Shown here piece by piece: positions 28,492 through 37,961 of a stretch of DNA of 64,000 nucleotides (within the stretch, counting starts at the first letter, position 1; the number at the start of each line of letters is the position of its first letter). The notes beneath the pieces were generated by a model that was given only the letters and a program-made list of their open reading frames with translations, was not told the DNA's origin and did no database searches. The translations under genes and the position numbers were made by a program. The stretch covers positions 208,991 to 272,990 of the forward strand of contig CAWDSG010000002.1 in the NCBI GenBank assembly GCA_963804975.1, given 5' to 3'. This DNA comes from an uncultured bacterium. Lineage in GTDB: Bacteria > Patescibacteriota > Minisyncoccia > Phycocordibacterales > GWA1-40-21.

Positions 28492-30762
28492 ATGTACCTA
28501 AAAGGCATAGAAATTTCCGGTTTTAAATCATTTGGCAAGAAAAGTTCGCTTGATTTCAGCGCGCCTATTTCTGCGATAGTCGGCCCGAACGGCTCCGGCA
28601 AATCAAATGTAGCCGAAGCTTTTTCTTTTGTGCTTGGCGAGCAGTCCATAAAATCTCTGCGTGGGAAAAAGGCTGAAGATCTTATTTTTAACGGCGGAAA
28701 AGAGGCATCTCGTTCAAACCGCGCTTCCGTAAAGCTCATTCTTAACAATGTCCAAAGAATTCTCAATATAGATTTTGACGAAGTTGCCATTGAGCGCGTG
28801 GTCAATCGCGATTCCACAAGCGAATATATTATAAATGGAAGTCCGGTTCGTCTTAAAGATATCATTGAACTATTATCCGGTGCGCATATCGGAGCTTCAG
28901 GACATCAGATAATTTCCCAGGGCGAGGCGGACAAGGTTCTGAACTCAAATATCCGCGAAAGAAGAGACATGATAGAAGACGCTTTAGGCCTTAAAATTTT
29001 TCAATACAAAAAAGAAGAAAGCGAAAGGAAACTTGAAAAGACGGAAGAAAATATAAAACAAGTTGAATCACTCCGAAGAGAAATCGCTCCGCACATCCGT
29101 TTTCTAAAAAAACAGGTGGAGAAAATAGAGAAAACGTTTGAAATGAAAAACAATTTGACTTCCATGTATCACGAATATTTCAGACGCGAGGAAGAATATA
29201 TAAATTATGAGAAAAAAACGATTGCCGGAGAAAAAGAGCCGCTTTTAAAAACAAAAGAAAAACTCGAAAAAGATTTGGCGGCGGCTAGAGAAACTCTCAA
29301 CAAGTCATCCCTGAAAGACAAAAAAAGCGACGAAGTGATGAAGGTTGAAAGCAAGCTAAAGGATGCGAGATTTTCAAAAGATAATCTGACGAGGAGCATC
29401 GGCCGCATTGAAGGGGAAATTTCCTCGCTTCTTAAAATTCTGAAAAAACAAAACGAGGAAAGCGCAAGTGCCCAGAAAAAAACAGTGGAACTGTCACAGG
29501 TGGAAAATATCGCAAAACAGATAAATCTGGAAATAGACGATGCCTTGGAAAGCTCGGACATTTCAAAAATAAAAGAGATTTTCAAATCCATAAAAAATAT
29601 TTTGAAAGATTTTATTGAAAGGCACAAAGAAAGCGAGAGCAAGGAAGCGGCGAGCGAATTGGAAAATGAGATAAAAACGCTTGAAAGCGAGAAAAAGGGC
29701 TATGAAGTGAAAATAAATGAGGCAAACGAACTTGAAACCAAGCTTTTGGAGGAATATTCCTTTCTTAAAAACGAAATAGAAAAGGAAAAGGATTCCAATA
29801 GAGATGCGGAAAAGACAATGTTTCGGATAGTTGCCGAGCAAAATGATATTCGCGGAAAAATATCTGCACTTGAGAGCAGAGAGGCAAGATTGAGGCACGA
29901 CGAGGAAGAATTTCAGAGAGAACTTCAGGAAGGATCTGTTCTTATCGGCGTTTCGGCCTTGCATTATAAGGATTTCCTGCCTACCGGCCAGGCAGGTTGG
30001 CCTATAGAAGATCGTCAGGTGCAAGAAGACAGAAGGCGAGCGTTGGAAAAAATAAAAATCCGCCTTGAGGACGCGGGAATTTCCGGCAGCGATGAAGTCG
30101 TGAAAGAATACAAGGAAACTACAGAAAGAGACAGTTTTTTGGAGCGCGAGCTTGAAGACCTGATAAAGTCATCGCAATCACTGAAAGATCTGATAACGGA
30201 GCTTGGCGAAAAACTTACGACCGAATTCAAGAACGGCGTTGAAAAAATAAACAAGGAGTTCCAAAGATTTTTCATGGCGATGTTCGGCGGAGGCAACGCT
30301 TCGCTTTCTGTCGTAAAAGAAAAAAAGAAGAAAAAATCCGAAACGGAATTGCCGTCCACTTTAGCTGAAGATGAAAGTGAGGACCTTGAGGAAGAAGAGG
30401 AATTGGAAGAGGGGATTGATATTGAAGTTTCTCTGCCGAGGAAAAAAATAAAAGGGCTGATGATGCTCTCCGGAGGTGAGCGGGCGCTTACATCCATCGC
30501 TCTTCTTTTTGCGATTTCTGCAGTAAATCCGCCTCCGTTTATCGTGCTTGATGAGACGGATGCGGCGCTTGATGAGGCCAACTCAAAAAAATACGGCGAT
30601 ATGATTGCCGAGCTTTCAAAATATTCCCAGCTTATTCTCATTACCCACAACAGGGAAACAATGTCCCGCGCCGGAGTTATCTACGGCGTGACAATGGGTT
30701 CTGATGGCGTTTCGCGGCTCCTTTCAATCCAGTTTGAAGAAGCAGTGCAAGTAGCAAAATAG
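28492..30762 (+). CDS. smc: SMC-like chromosome segregation ATPase (short, reduced hinge)
   Basis: 'MYLKGIEISGFKSFG', Walker A GPNGSGKSN, long coiled coil, C-terminal signature 'LSGGERALTSIALLFA' and D-loop 'FIVLDETDAALD'; 756 aa versus ~1150 typical; the in-frame 23-nt element sits in the mid region. Confidence 0.7.
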   Translation: MYLKGIEISGFKSFGKKSSLDFSAPISAIVGPNGSGKSNVAEAFSFVLGEQSIKSLRGKKAEDLIFNGGKEASRSNRASVKLILNNVQRILNIDFDEVAIERVVNRDSTSEYIINGSPVRLKDIIELLSGAHIGASGHQIISQGEADKVLNSNIRERRDMIEDALGLKIFQYKKEESERKLEKTEENIKQVESLRREIAPHIRFLKKQVEKIEKTFEMKNNLTSMYHEYFRREEEYINYEKKTIAGEKEPLLKTKEKLEKDLAAARETLNKSSLKDKKSDEVMKVESKLKDARFSKDNLTRSIGRIEGEISSLLKILKKQNEESASAQKKTVELSQVENIAKQINLEIDDALESSDISKIKEIFKSIKNILKDFIERHKESESKEAASELENEIKTLESEKKGYEVKINEANELETKLLEEYSFLKNEIEKEKDSNRDAEKTMFRIVAEQNDIRGKISALESREARLRHDEEEFQRELQEGSVLIGVSALHYKDFLPTGQAGWPIEDRQVQEDRRRALEKIKIRLEDAGISGSDEVVKEYKETTERDSFLERELEDLIKSSQSLKDLITELGEKLTTEFKNGVEKINKEFQRFFMAMFGGGNASLSVVKEKKKKKSETELPSTLAEDESEDLEEEEELEEGIDIEVSLPRKKIKGLMMLSGGERALTSIALLFAISAVNPPPFIVLDETDAALDEANSKKYGDMIAELSKYSQLILITHNRETMSRAGVIYGVTMGSDGVSRLLSIQFEEAVQVAK
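29974..29996 (+). repeat. in-frame palindromic element (FLPTGQAG) in the smc-like gene
   Basis: ttcctgcctaccggccaggcagg. Confidence 0.9.
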
Positions 30763-30788
30763 TAATAATTTGTTATAATTATTTTATT

Positions 30789-31451
30789 ATGGAAGGAACG
30801 GAACGACAAAATAATAATGAGCAGATTGTATATGCTGGTTTTTGGATTCGAGCTGGGGCCGCTTTAATTGATGGTTTGATAATTAATATTATAATGGGAA
30901 TTCTAGTTGTTTTATTTACACCTAATGGTTCCCACACATCTATTTTTTACAGCCTCATTCCTCTTTGGATTTATGAAATCGTATTGACATATTATTTTAG
31001 CGCTACATTAGGGAAAATGGCAATGGGTATAAAAGTTGTTTCCAATAATCTTGGCAAAATATCTTTTATCCAAGTTCTTTTAAGAGAAACTATTGGCAAA
31101 TTTCTTTCCAGTGTTCTTTTGATGATTGGTTTTATTATGATTGCGTTTGATGGAAAAAAACAAGGATTGCACGATAAAATTGCTCGATCTTTGGTTATAA
31201 AAGAACCGACGAAAAAAGTTAAAAAATGGATTCTTGTTTTGGCTATTTTGCTAATTTTAGTGCCGTCAATAATAGGTTTTGTTTTAATCGGTGCTGTTAT
31301 GCATGATTTCAATTTAATCAAATCTGGCAGTCAAATATCTTCTTCCACGTCTGCTTTTAGGGTAGTATCAAAAGATAATGGCGAGGTAATTTTTACAACT
31401 AAAATGATGCCATCCTTTTTTGATGAGCTGGCAAAAAAGTTATTAAAATAA
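30789..31451 (+). CDS. RDD family membrane protein
   Basis: 'YAGFWIRAGAALIDGLIINII' RDD-domain N-terminus; three TM segments. Confidence 0.6.
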   Translation: MEGTERQNNNEQIVYAGFWIRAGAALIDGLIINIIMGILVVLFTPNGSHTSIFYSLIPLWIYEIVLTYYFSATLGKMAMGIKVVSNNLGKISFIQVLLRETIGKFLSSVLLMIGFIMIAFDGKKQGLHDKIARSLVIKEPTKKVKKWILVLAILLILVPSIIGFVLIGAVMHDFNLIKSGSQISSSTSAFRVVSKDNGEVIFTTKMMPSFFDELAKKLLK

Positions 31452-31494
31452 AAAAAGCCACGGGATATCATCCAATGGCTTTTGGGAATGTGCT

Positions 31495-31878
31495 TTAAAT
31501 TATAGGAATAAACTTGGCACAATTCTTAGGAAAAACCAAACATCTTCCGTAATGGAAAGCAGCTGGCACGTTTGCTTTCCACCACCCGGCGGCTTTTGAA
31601 TTATTTTTTTGGAGCAACTCCATCGCTCCTTCAGCATTTACTTGATAACCCTTGCCATCCGTGAATTTACCGGAACGAATCTCCCGTGTTGGTAATTTTT
31701 GGTGTTCGAGCACTGGCAATACCAAACCAATCCATGCTTTTCTGACCCACTTCGGGGCTTCACTTGGCGGTGCTGAAATAATTTTAATTCTGCCAATCGG
31801 TTTTTCAGGAATTGGACCGATCTGATGATCCATTGGATCACTTTCCAAATTTCTGTCGCACGAACGACATTTTGCCAT
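31495..31878 (-). CDS. hypothetical protein with N-terminal CxxC pair
   Basis: The internal start MAKCRSCD... has a perfect AGGAGGTGA RBS; the track ORF (to 31941) would overlap the rnr 3' end. Confidence 0.35.
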   Translation of the reverse strand: MAKCRSCDRNLESDPMDHQIGPIPEKPIGRIKIISAPPSEAPKWVRKAWIGLVLPVLEHQKLPTREIRSGKFTDGKGYQVNAEGAMELLQKNNSKAAGWWKANVPAAFHYGRCLVFPKNCAKFIPII

Positions 31879-31933
31879 TTTTCTCACCTCCTTGGAATGA
31901 ACAGCTAAAGTAATCCTAGCAAATAGAAACTTA

Positions 31934-33946
31934 CTATTCAACTACCTCATAATCCATCTGCTTTCTGTCTAGGTCTGCGCTGACAAGCTTGATTTTTACC
32001 TTTTGTCCTAGCGAAAAAGTTCTTTTTGTTTTTTCGCCGACAATGGCGTATTTTTTGGGATTGAAGACATAAAAATCGTCTCCGAGTGAAGAAAGCTTAA
32101 TCATTCCTTCGGCTCTGGTTTGCGTATCTTCCGCATATATGCCCCATTCGGTGACGCCGGTAATAAGTCCGTCAAAAATTTGCCCGACTTTATCCTGCAT
32201 AAATTCCACCTGCTTGTATTTTCTTGCGTCTCGCTCGGCTTCCGAAGCTTTTATTTCTTGGTCGGTGGAATGTTGGCAAGCTTTCTCATAAAAAGCCAGA
32301 TTTTTTTCCTGAACGGAATTTTTTGAAAGAATGTTTCCGAGAATTCTGTGCACCAAAAGGTCCGGATATCTTCTGATAGGCGAGGTGAAGTGCGCGTAAT
32401 ATTCAAACGCAAGTCCGAAATGGCCGATATTTTTTACCGAATAAATCGCTTTGGCCATTGAGCGCACTGCGGCAGTTTTTACCAAAGCTTCCTCCGCCTT
32501 TCCTTCCACTTGAGCGAAAAGCGCCTGCATATCCTTGCCGGTGATGCTTCCGTTTTTGCCGATGATAAGCTCATGCCCCAGTGCTTTTACAAACACCGAA
32601 AGTTCGGTGATCTTTTCTCTGTCCGGAAAATCGTGTATCCTGTACGGAATGGGGAAAAGTTTCCCGGATTTCTTTTCAAATTTATAAACAAACTCGGCGA
32701 CTTCTTTGTTTGCAAGAAGCATAAATTCCTCCACGAGTTTGTGGGTATCAAGCCATTCTTTTTTGTAAATTCTTATCGGTTTGCCGCTCTGGTCAAGCTC
32801 AAAAGCGATCTCTTCCTGCTCAAAATCAATCGCGCCTTTTTGCCATTTTTCTTTTCTCAATATTTTTGCAATTTTGTTTAGAGTATCCAGTTCCTCAAAG
32901 AATCGCCCGGATTTTTGATTGATAATTTCCTGCGCGCTTTCGTATGAAAATCTTTTATCCGATTTGATGACAGTTCTTCCGAACCATTTTGAATGCACTT
33001 TTGCCCACGCATCCATTTCAAATATCGCGGAAAATGTGAGTTTATCTTCATTTTCATTCAAACTGCAGAGATTGTCGGAAAGCTCAAAGGGAAGCATCGG
33101 TATTGTTCTGTCAGGCAAATACACCGAACATCCTCGATTGTAGGCCTCCTTATCAAGTTCACTTCTTTCTTTTACATAATAAGATACATCGGCAATATGA
33201 ATACCGATTTCAAAATTTCCATTTTGAAGTTTTTTGAAAGATATGGCGTCGTCAAAATCTTTTGCGTTTTTCGGGTCAATGGTAAAAGTGAGTGTGTTTC
33301 GCAAATCTTTTCTATTTGCAATTTCTTCTTTTGGAATATTTCTATTTTGTTCAAAAATTACTTTTGATTCTCTGGAAGCACTCTCGGGAAATTCAATATT
33401 AAAACCTTTATCAATGGCAATAGAATTCATTTCCGTGGAGTTTTCGCCCTTTTTTCCAAGAACGGCTATGATTTCTCCTTCGGCAAAATTTTGCATTGGA
33501 ACCCACTTCGTAATTTTTATTTTTACTTTATCTTCGTCTTTTGCACTGCCTATTTTTTCACGTGGAATTTTTACGGACATCTTTAATTTCTTGTCATCTG
33601 GCGCAAAAGCAATTCCTTTTCCTGCCTGGCCGGCAGGCAGGTCTGAAATTAAAACAGTGCCGACAAAATAACTTTTTGCTCTCTCTATAACTCTCACAAC
33701 TTCTCCGCCCGATAATCCGGATTTGCTTTTTCCGTAGATTTTTACTTCAACTTTGTCTCCGGACATCGCGGAGTTCAAATCTCTCGCGGATATTTCAGCC
33801 TCAACATCTCCTTTTTCAGCCAAAAAATAGGCGATATTGCCTCGTATGGATTTTATCGTGCCGATAAATATTTTACTTTTTCCATTTTGTCCGGATTTTT
33901 CGTGGAGATTTTTTCTATCTCTTCTGAATCTTTTATAGTTTTTCAT
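31934..33946 (-). CDS. rnr: ribonuclease R (RNB family 3'-5' exoribonuclease)
   Basis: N-terminal cold-shock/OB, RNB domain ('HIADVSYYV', 'YLPDRTIPMLP'), C-terminal S1; carries the in-frame 23-nt element near the N-terminus. Confidence 0.85.
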   Translation of the reverse strand: MKNYKRFRRDRKNLHEKSGQNGKSKIFIGTIKSIRGNIAYFLAEKGDVEAEISARDLNSAMSGDKVEVKIYGKSKSGLSGGEVVRVIERAKSYFVGTVLISDLPAGQAGKGIAFAPDDKKLKMSVKIPREKIGSAKDEDKVKIKITKWVPMQNFAEGEIIAVLGKKGENSTEMNSIAIDKGFNIEFPESASRESKVIFEQNRNIPKEEIANRKDLRNTLTFTIDPKNAKDFDDAISFKKLQNGNFEIGIHIADVSYYVKERSELDKEAYNRGCSVYLPDRTIPMLPFELSDNLCSLNENEDKLTFSAIFEMDAWAKVHSKWFGRTVIKSDKRFSYESAQEIINQKSGRFFEELDTLNKIAKILRKEKWQKGAIDFEQEEIAFELDQSGKPIRIYKKEWLDTHKLVEEFMLLANKEVAEFVYKFEKKSGKLFPIPYRIHDFPDREKITELSVFVKALGHELIIGKNGSITGKDMQALFAQVEGKAEEALVKTAAVRSMAKAIYSVKNIGHFGLAFEYYAHFTSPIRRYPDLLVHRILGNILSKNSVQEKNLAFYEKACQHSTDQEIKASEAERDARKYKQVEFMQDKVGQIFDGLITGVTEWGIYAEDTQTRAEGMIKLSSLGDDFYVFNPKKYAIVGEKTKRTFSLGQKVKIKLVSADLDRKQMDYEVVE
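33621..33643 (-). repeat. in-frame palindromic 23-nt element (DLPAGQAG) in rnr
   Basis: The plus strand reads cctgcctggccggcaggcaggtc. Confidence 0.9.
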
Positions 33947-34027
33947 TATAAATAAAGTTTAGCACAAAATTATTATATTGGCATTAATCTTGCATATTTG
34001 CGGTTTTTTGCTAGTATGTACGCTACA

Positions 34028-34477
34028 ATGTTAATAATAAGATTACAAAGAAAAGGCAGAGTGCACGAACCGACTTTTCGCATAGTTGTCACCGATTCAA
34101 AATTCGGGGTAAAATCCGGCAAACCTGTCGAGGTTATCGGCTCTTATGATCCAAGAAAAGGAAAAGGCAATAACAGCGTAGATGGAGAAAGAGTGAAATA
34201 CTGGATATCAAAAGGAGCACAAGTTTCCGATACGGTATATAATTTTATGATAGACCAGAAAGTTCTTACAGGGAAAAAGATAAATGTACTTCCCAAGAAT
34301 AAAATAATAAACGCAAAGAAAGCCAAAGACCTGCCTACCGGCCAGGCAGGAGCGGAAGCGGCGGCAAAAGCTTCAAAACCGGATTTGACAAGCTCACCGC
34401 AAGAAAAGCCGGCAAAAGAAATGCCAGCTGCAGAAGCAAAAGTAGAACCGGCTCCAGAACCGGCCGTTGTTCAATAA
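34028..34477 (+). CDS. rpsP: 30S ribosomal protein S16 with C-terminal extension
   Basis: 'MLIIRLQRKGRVHEPTFRIVVTDSK' S16 N-terminus; A/K/E-rich tail hosting the in-frame 23-nt element. Confidence 0.85.
   Translation: MLIIRLQRKGRVHEPTFRIVVTDSKFGVKSGKPVEVIGSYDPRKGKGNNSVDGERVKYWISKGAQVSDTVYNFMIDQKVLTGKKINVLPKNKIINAKKAKDLPTGQAGAEAAAKASKPDLTSSPQEKPAKEMPAAEAKVEPAPEPAVVQ
34328..34350 (+). repeat. in-frame palindromic 23-nt element (DLPTGQAG) in the rpsP tail
   Basis: gacctgcctaccggccaggcagg. Confidence 0.9.
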
Positions 34478-34498
34478 ACCGGCTCACTCGGCAAATGT

Positions 34499-34590
34499 TT
34501 TGAAATGCACGAAAATTTAATGCTTTAAATTTTCTCTGTCCGTCGCCGTCGCTCCTCCCAAGGCATTTAAAAACATCCGCTTCGCTCGCC
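34499..34590. repeat. intergenic GC-rich element, copy F (downstream of rpsP), a divergent family member
   Basis: Arms tttgaaatgc/gcatttaaaa (1 mismatch); the core tctctgtccgtcgccgtcgctcc shares gccgtcgctc with copy D, and the following ccgcttcgctcgcc resembles copy E. Confidence 0.4.
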
Positions 34591-34601
34591 AATTTTCTTA
34601 T

Positions 34602-34629
34602 TTGCCAACTTTTTTCTTTGTGATATTAT
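34602..34629 (+). promoter_or_regulatory. TTGCCA-16-TATTAT promoter upstream of the KH-protein/trmD genes
   Basis: The same -35 flavour outside the island, so this is probably the organism's general housekeeping promoter type. Confidence 0.4.
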
Positions 34630-34705
34630 TCAAAATAGGCAGTATTTTATAAATTATATACCGGTCGAATTACTGCAGATACTAAATCAGAATCATATTA
34701 AAAAA

Positions 34706-35032
34706 ATGTCAGAAAACGATGCAAAATTCCTGGAATTCGTTATAAAGGCTTTGGTTGACAGTCCGGATAAGGTAAAAATCAAGAGGACTGTGGACGAAAT
34801 GGGCGTGTTGCTGACTCTCGTCGTGGATAATGCCGATATGGGCAAAGTCATCGGAAGATCAGGTAATACCGCAAAAGCCATCAGAACGCTTTTGAGAGTT
34901 GTCGGGATGAAGAACAATTCAAGAGTGAATTTGAAAATCGAAGAACCGGAGGGTAGCACAAGAATGGTGCCTGTTTCGAAAGAGCAAGGTTCAAAGACAG
35001 TGGACGAAGCAATGGCAGATTTGAATCTCTAA
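34706..35032 (+). CDS. KH-domain RNA-binding protein (YlqC/UPF0109 family)
   Basis: 'VIGRSGNTAKAIRTLL' GXXG KH loop; canonical position between rpsP and trmD. Confidence 0.75.
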   Translation: MSENDAKFLEFVIKALVDSPDKVKIKRTVDEMGVLLTLVVDNADMGKVIGRSGNTAKAIRTLLRVVGMKNNSRVNLKIEEPEGSTRMVPVSKEQGSKTVDEAMADLNL

Positions 35033-35123
35033 ATAGAAAATTGGTTTTAAAAAAGGCGCTCCGACCAAAAGTCGGAGTGCCTTTTGATTTGTATTTTTAA
35101 GTTTTTTGTTTTAATCTAACCAT

Positions 35124-35792
35124 ATGAATTTTCATATTATCACATTATTTCCGGAATCTTTCAGTTCGTATTTAAACGAGTCAATTTTGGCGAGGGCGAT
35201 AAGAGAGAAAAAAATCAAAGTAAATTTTTACAATCCTCGTGATTTTGCAAAAATTACAAAAGTTCAAAAAGCCAAAAGCAAGCCGTATAAAAGAGTGGAT
35301 GATATTCCGTATGGCGGCGGCCCAGGTATGGTGATGCAGGCTGAGCCGGTAGTGAAAGCCATTGAAAAAGCGGTTAAAAAAAGCAAAAAAGCAAAGACGA
35401 AAATAATCTTTTTATCGCCAGCTGGCAAGCAGTTTGATACTGCCTATGCGAAGTCGGTTGCGAATAAATATACCGACATAATTATTATTTCCGGAAGATA
35501 TGAGGGGATAGACGAGCGAGTAAATAAAATTTTTAAAACAGAAAAAATTACTGTCGGACCGTTTGTACTTACCGGCGGTGAACTTCCAGCTATGATCATA
35601 ATGGATTGTATTTCGCGCCAAGTAAAAGGAGTCCTAGGTAATAAAAGCTCGCTTGAAGAAGAGCGGATTTCAAGCAGTGAAGTTTACACTCGCCCGGAAG
35701 TTCTCATATATAAAAGCAAAAAATATAGCGTGCCGAAAGTCCTGCTTTCCGGAAATCATAAATTGATTGATGTATGGAGAAAAGATAAATAG
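35124..35792 (+). CDS. trmD: tRNA (guanine37-N1)-methyltransferase
   Basis: 'FHIITLFPESF', 'YGGGPGMVMQAEPV', 'GRYEGIDERV' are TrmD SPOUT motifs. Confidence 0.9.
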   Translation: MNFHIITLFPESFSSYLNESILARAIREKKIKVNFYNPRDFAKITKVQKAKSKPYKRVDDIPYGGGPGMVMQAEPVVKAIEKAVKKSKKAKTKIIFLSPAGKQFDTAYAKSVANKYTDIIIISGRYEGIDERVNKIFKTEKITVGPFVLTGGELPAMIIMDCISRQVKGVLGNKSSLEEERISSSEVYTRPEVLIYKSKKYSVPKVLLSGNHKLIDVWRKDK

Positions 35793-35812
35793 AAAATGCT
35801 ACAATCATTTCC

Positions 35813-37501
35813 ATGACCCAAAAGGAAGCGATGGAAATTTTAAAGATGGGATACAACTGCTACGTTACCGGCGCGGCAGGTTCAGGCAAAACGCATCTTT
35901 TGAATGAGTATGTGAAATTTTTAAAAAACAAAGGTGTTGAAGTTGGTGTTACGGCTTCCACCGGCATTGCAGCTACTCACATGGGAGGAATGACAATTCA
36001 TTCGTGGTCTGGACTTGGAATTGCCGATACTCTTACGGAATACGATTTGGAAGAATTGGAAACGAAAAAATATTTGCAGGACAGATTGAAAAGTACCCAA
36101 GTGCTCATTATTGATGAAATTTCAATGCTTCATCATTATCGCTTTGATCTTGTGGAAAGAATCGCAAGACACTTGAAAAGAAATAGCTTGCCGTTTGGCG
36201 GAATGCAGATTATTCTTTGCGGCGATTTTTTCCAGCTTCCGCCGGTTTCTCGTGCGGGCGATTTGGAATCGTTTTTCTCATACAAATCCGAGACATGGAA
36301 AAAACTTAATCTAAAAATTTGTTATTTGGAAGAGCAGTACAGGCACAAAGACGACAAAATTTTGAAAGTCCTGAACGAAATCAGAAAAAACTGTGTGAGC
36401 GAAGAATCTCTATTTCATTTAAAATCGTGTTTTGACAGGAATTTAACTGACGAAATTTATCCGACAAAACTTCATACGCATAATATTGACGTTGATTCAA
36501 TAAACGATGCTGAATTGAATAAATTGCCTGGGCAAATATATGTTTTTAATATGGAAAGCAAAGGCAGGAGGCCTCTCGTGGACGCGCTCAAAAAAAGCTG
36601 TCTTGCACCGGACATGCTTCGCTTGAAAAAAGGAGCAAGAGTGATGTTTGTGAAAAATAATTTTGATGAAGGATATGCAAATGGCACTCTTGGCAAAGTA
36701 ATTGAATGTTCATCAATGGGGCCGAAAATTATGCTTGCTTCCGGAAAAATAATCGTGCCGGAAAAAGTTTCCTGGGTGGTGGAAGAAGAGGGAAAAAGAA
36801 AAGCGATGATAGAACAATATCCGCTCCGGCTTGCTTGGGCTATTACAGTGCATAAAAGCCAAGGGATGAGCTTGGAAGCCGCGGAAATTGATTTATCAAA
36901 ATCTTTTGAAAAAGGAATGGGCTATGTGGCGCTTTCCCGTGTCCGCGAGCTTTCAGGACTCCGGCTTCTTGGTTTGAACAAAAATGCTCTTGAAGTCAGA
37001 GGCGATATTTTGGAATTTGATGAGGATTTGAGGGAAATGTCGGCGGAAGATAAAAAGTGGCTTTATTCTCTTGATGATAAAGAAGTGAAAGATAAGCAGG
37101 AGAAATTTTTGAAAAAAATTTCGCCTATTGATGGTACACCTGCAAAGAAAAATAAACCTGCCCGGTCAGGGAAGAACCGAATTTCTCTGGTGGAGCAGAC
37201 AAAAAATATGTTAAAAGAGGGAATGGGGCTGAAAGAAATTTTAAATATCAGGGGTGTGACTATCGGTACGATACTTGATCACATAGAAAAAATTTTGGAA
37301 AAAGAGCCGAATTTTGACATCAATCATTTGAAAAAGGAAGTGCCGCCGGGAAAATTCAAAAAAGCTTACATGGCTTTCAGAGAACTTTACGGAGTAAACC
37401 GAGATTTTCTTCTGGCTCCCGTGAAAAACAAGCTCGGCGACGGAATTTCTTACGAAGAACTTCGTATTGTCAGATTGTTCGTGAAAAACGCCATTTCATA
37501 A
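35813..37501 (+). CDS. Pif1/RecD-family ATP-dependent DNA helicase
   Basis: Walker A 'VTGAAGSGKTHLL', 'LIIDEISML', 'GDFFQLPPV' and 'AITVHKSQGMSLE' are Pif1 motifs; the C-terminal linker contains the 15-nt element. Confidence 0.75.
   Translation: MTQKEAMEILKMGYNCYVTGAAGSGKTHLLNEYVKFLKNKGVEVGVTASTGIAATHMGGMTIHSWSGLGIADTLTEYDLEELETKKYLQDRLKSTQVLIIDEISMLHHYRFDLVERIARHLKRNSLPFGGMQIILCGDFFQLPPVSRAGDLESFFSYKSETWKKLNLKICYLEEQYRHKDDKILKVLNEIRKNCVSEESLFHLKSCFDRNLTDEIYPTKLHTHNIDVDSINDAELNKLPGQIYVFNMESKGRRPLVDALKKSCLAPDMLRLKKGARVMFVKNNFDEGYANGTLGKVIECSSMGPKIMLASGKIIVPEKVSWVVEEEGKRKAMIEQYPLRLAWAITVHKSQGMSLEAAEIDLSKSFEKGMGYVALSRVRELSGLRLLGLNKNALEVRGDILEFDEDLREMSAEDKKWLYSLDDKEVKDKQEKFLKKISPIDGTPAKKNKPARSGKNRISLVEQTKNMLKEGMGLKEILNIRGVTIGTILDHIEKILEKEPNFDINHLKKEVPPGKFKKAYMAFRELYGVNRDFLLAPVKNKLGDGISYEELRIVRLFVKNAIS
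37157..37171 (+). repeat. 15-nt palindromic variant cctgcccggtcaggg (PARSGK) in the Pif1 helicase linker
   Basis: Matches 4726-4740 at 14 of 15 positions. Confidence 0.6.
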
Positions 37502-37634
37502 ATGTATTTGACAATTTCTTTCTTTCGTGTATACTTGCTCTAATTAAGAAGTATCTTGGTTATGTTAGAGATTAGTCGTCTTTTCGTTTCAAAAGGGTCT
37601 TAAGGTTTATTAAGTGCGGGTAATTATTTTTAGG

Positions 37635-37901
37635 ATGAAGAAATTATACGTTGGTGGTGTTTCTTACAACACTACAGAGGATGGTTTAAGAGTTGCTTTT
37701 TCAAAAGCAGGAGAGGTCGCGTCAGTAGCTATTATCACGGATAAAATGACCGGGAGATCAAAAGGATTCGGTTTCGTCGAAATGGCTTCGGAAGCAGACG
37801 CAAAGGCCGCCATAGAAATGTGGAATGGCAAAGAGCTTGACGGCAGAAAATTGACCGTCAACGAAGCAAGACCAAAAGAAGAGAGACCTTCAAGATACTA
37901 A
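37635..37901 (+). CDS. RRM-type RNA-binding protein
   Basis: RNP-2 'LYVGGV' and RNP-1 'KGFGFVEM'; GC-clamp hairpin terminator downstream. Confidence 0.8.
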   Translation: MKKLYVGGVSYNTTEDGLRVAFSKAGEVASVAIITDKMTGRSKGFGFVEMASEADAKAAIEMWNGKELDGRKLTVNEARPKEERPSRY

Positions 37902-37926
37902 TTTAATTTTTAAATTAAATCTGAAA

Positions 37927-37958
37927 AAAGAGGCGCGCCCGGAGGGCGCGCCTCTTTC
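37927..37958 (+). terminator. GC-clamp hairpin after the RRM gene
   Basis: aaagaggcgcgccc-ggag-gggcgcgcctcttt. Confidence 0.8.
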
Positions 37959-37961
37959 ATT

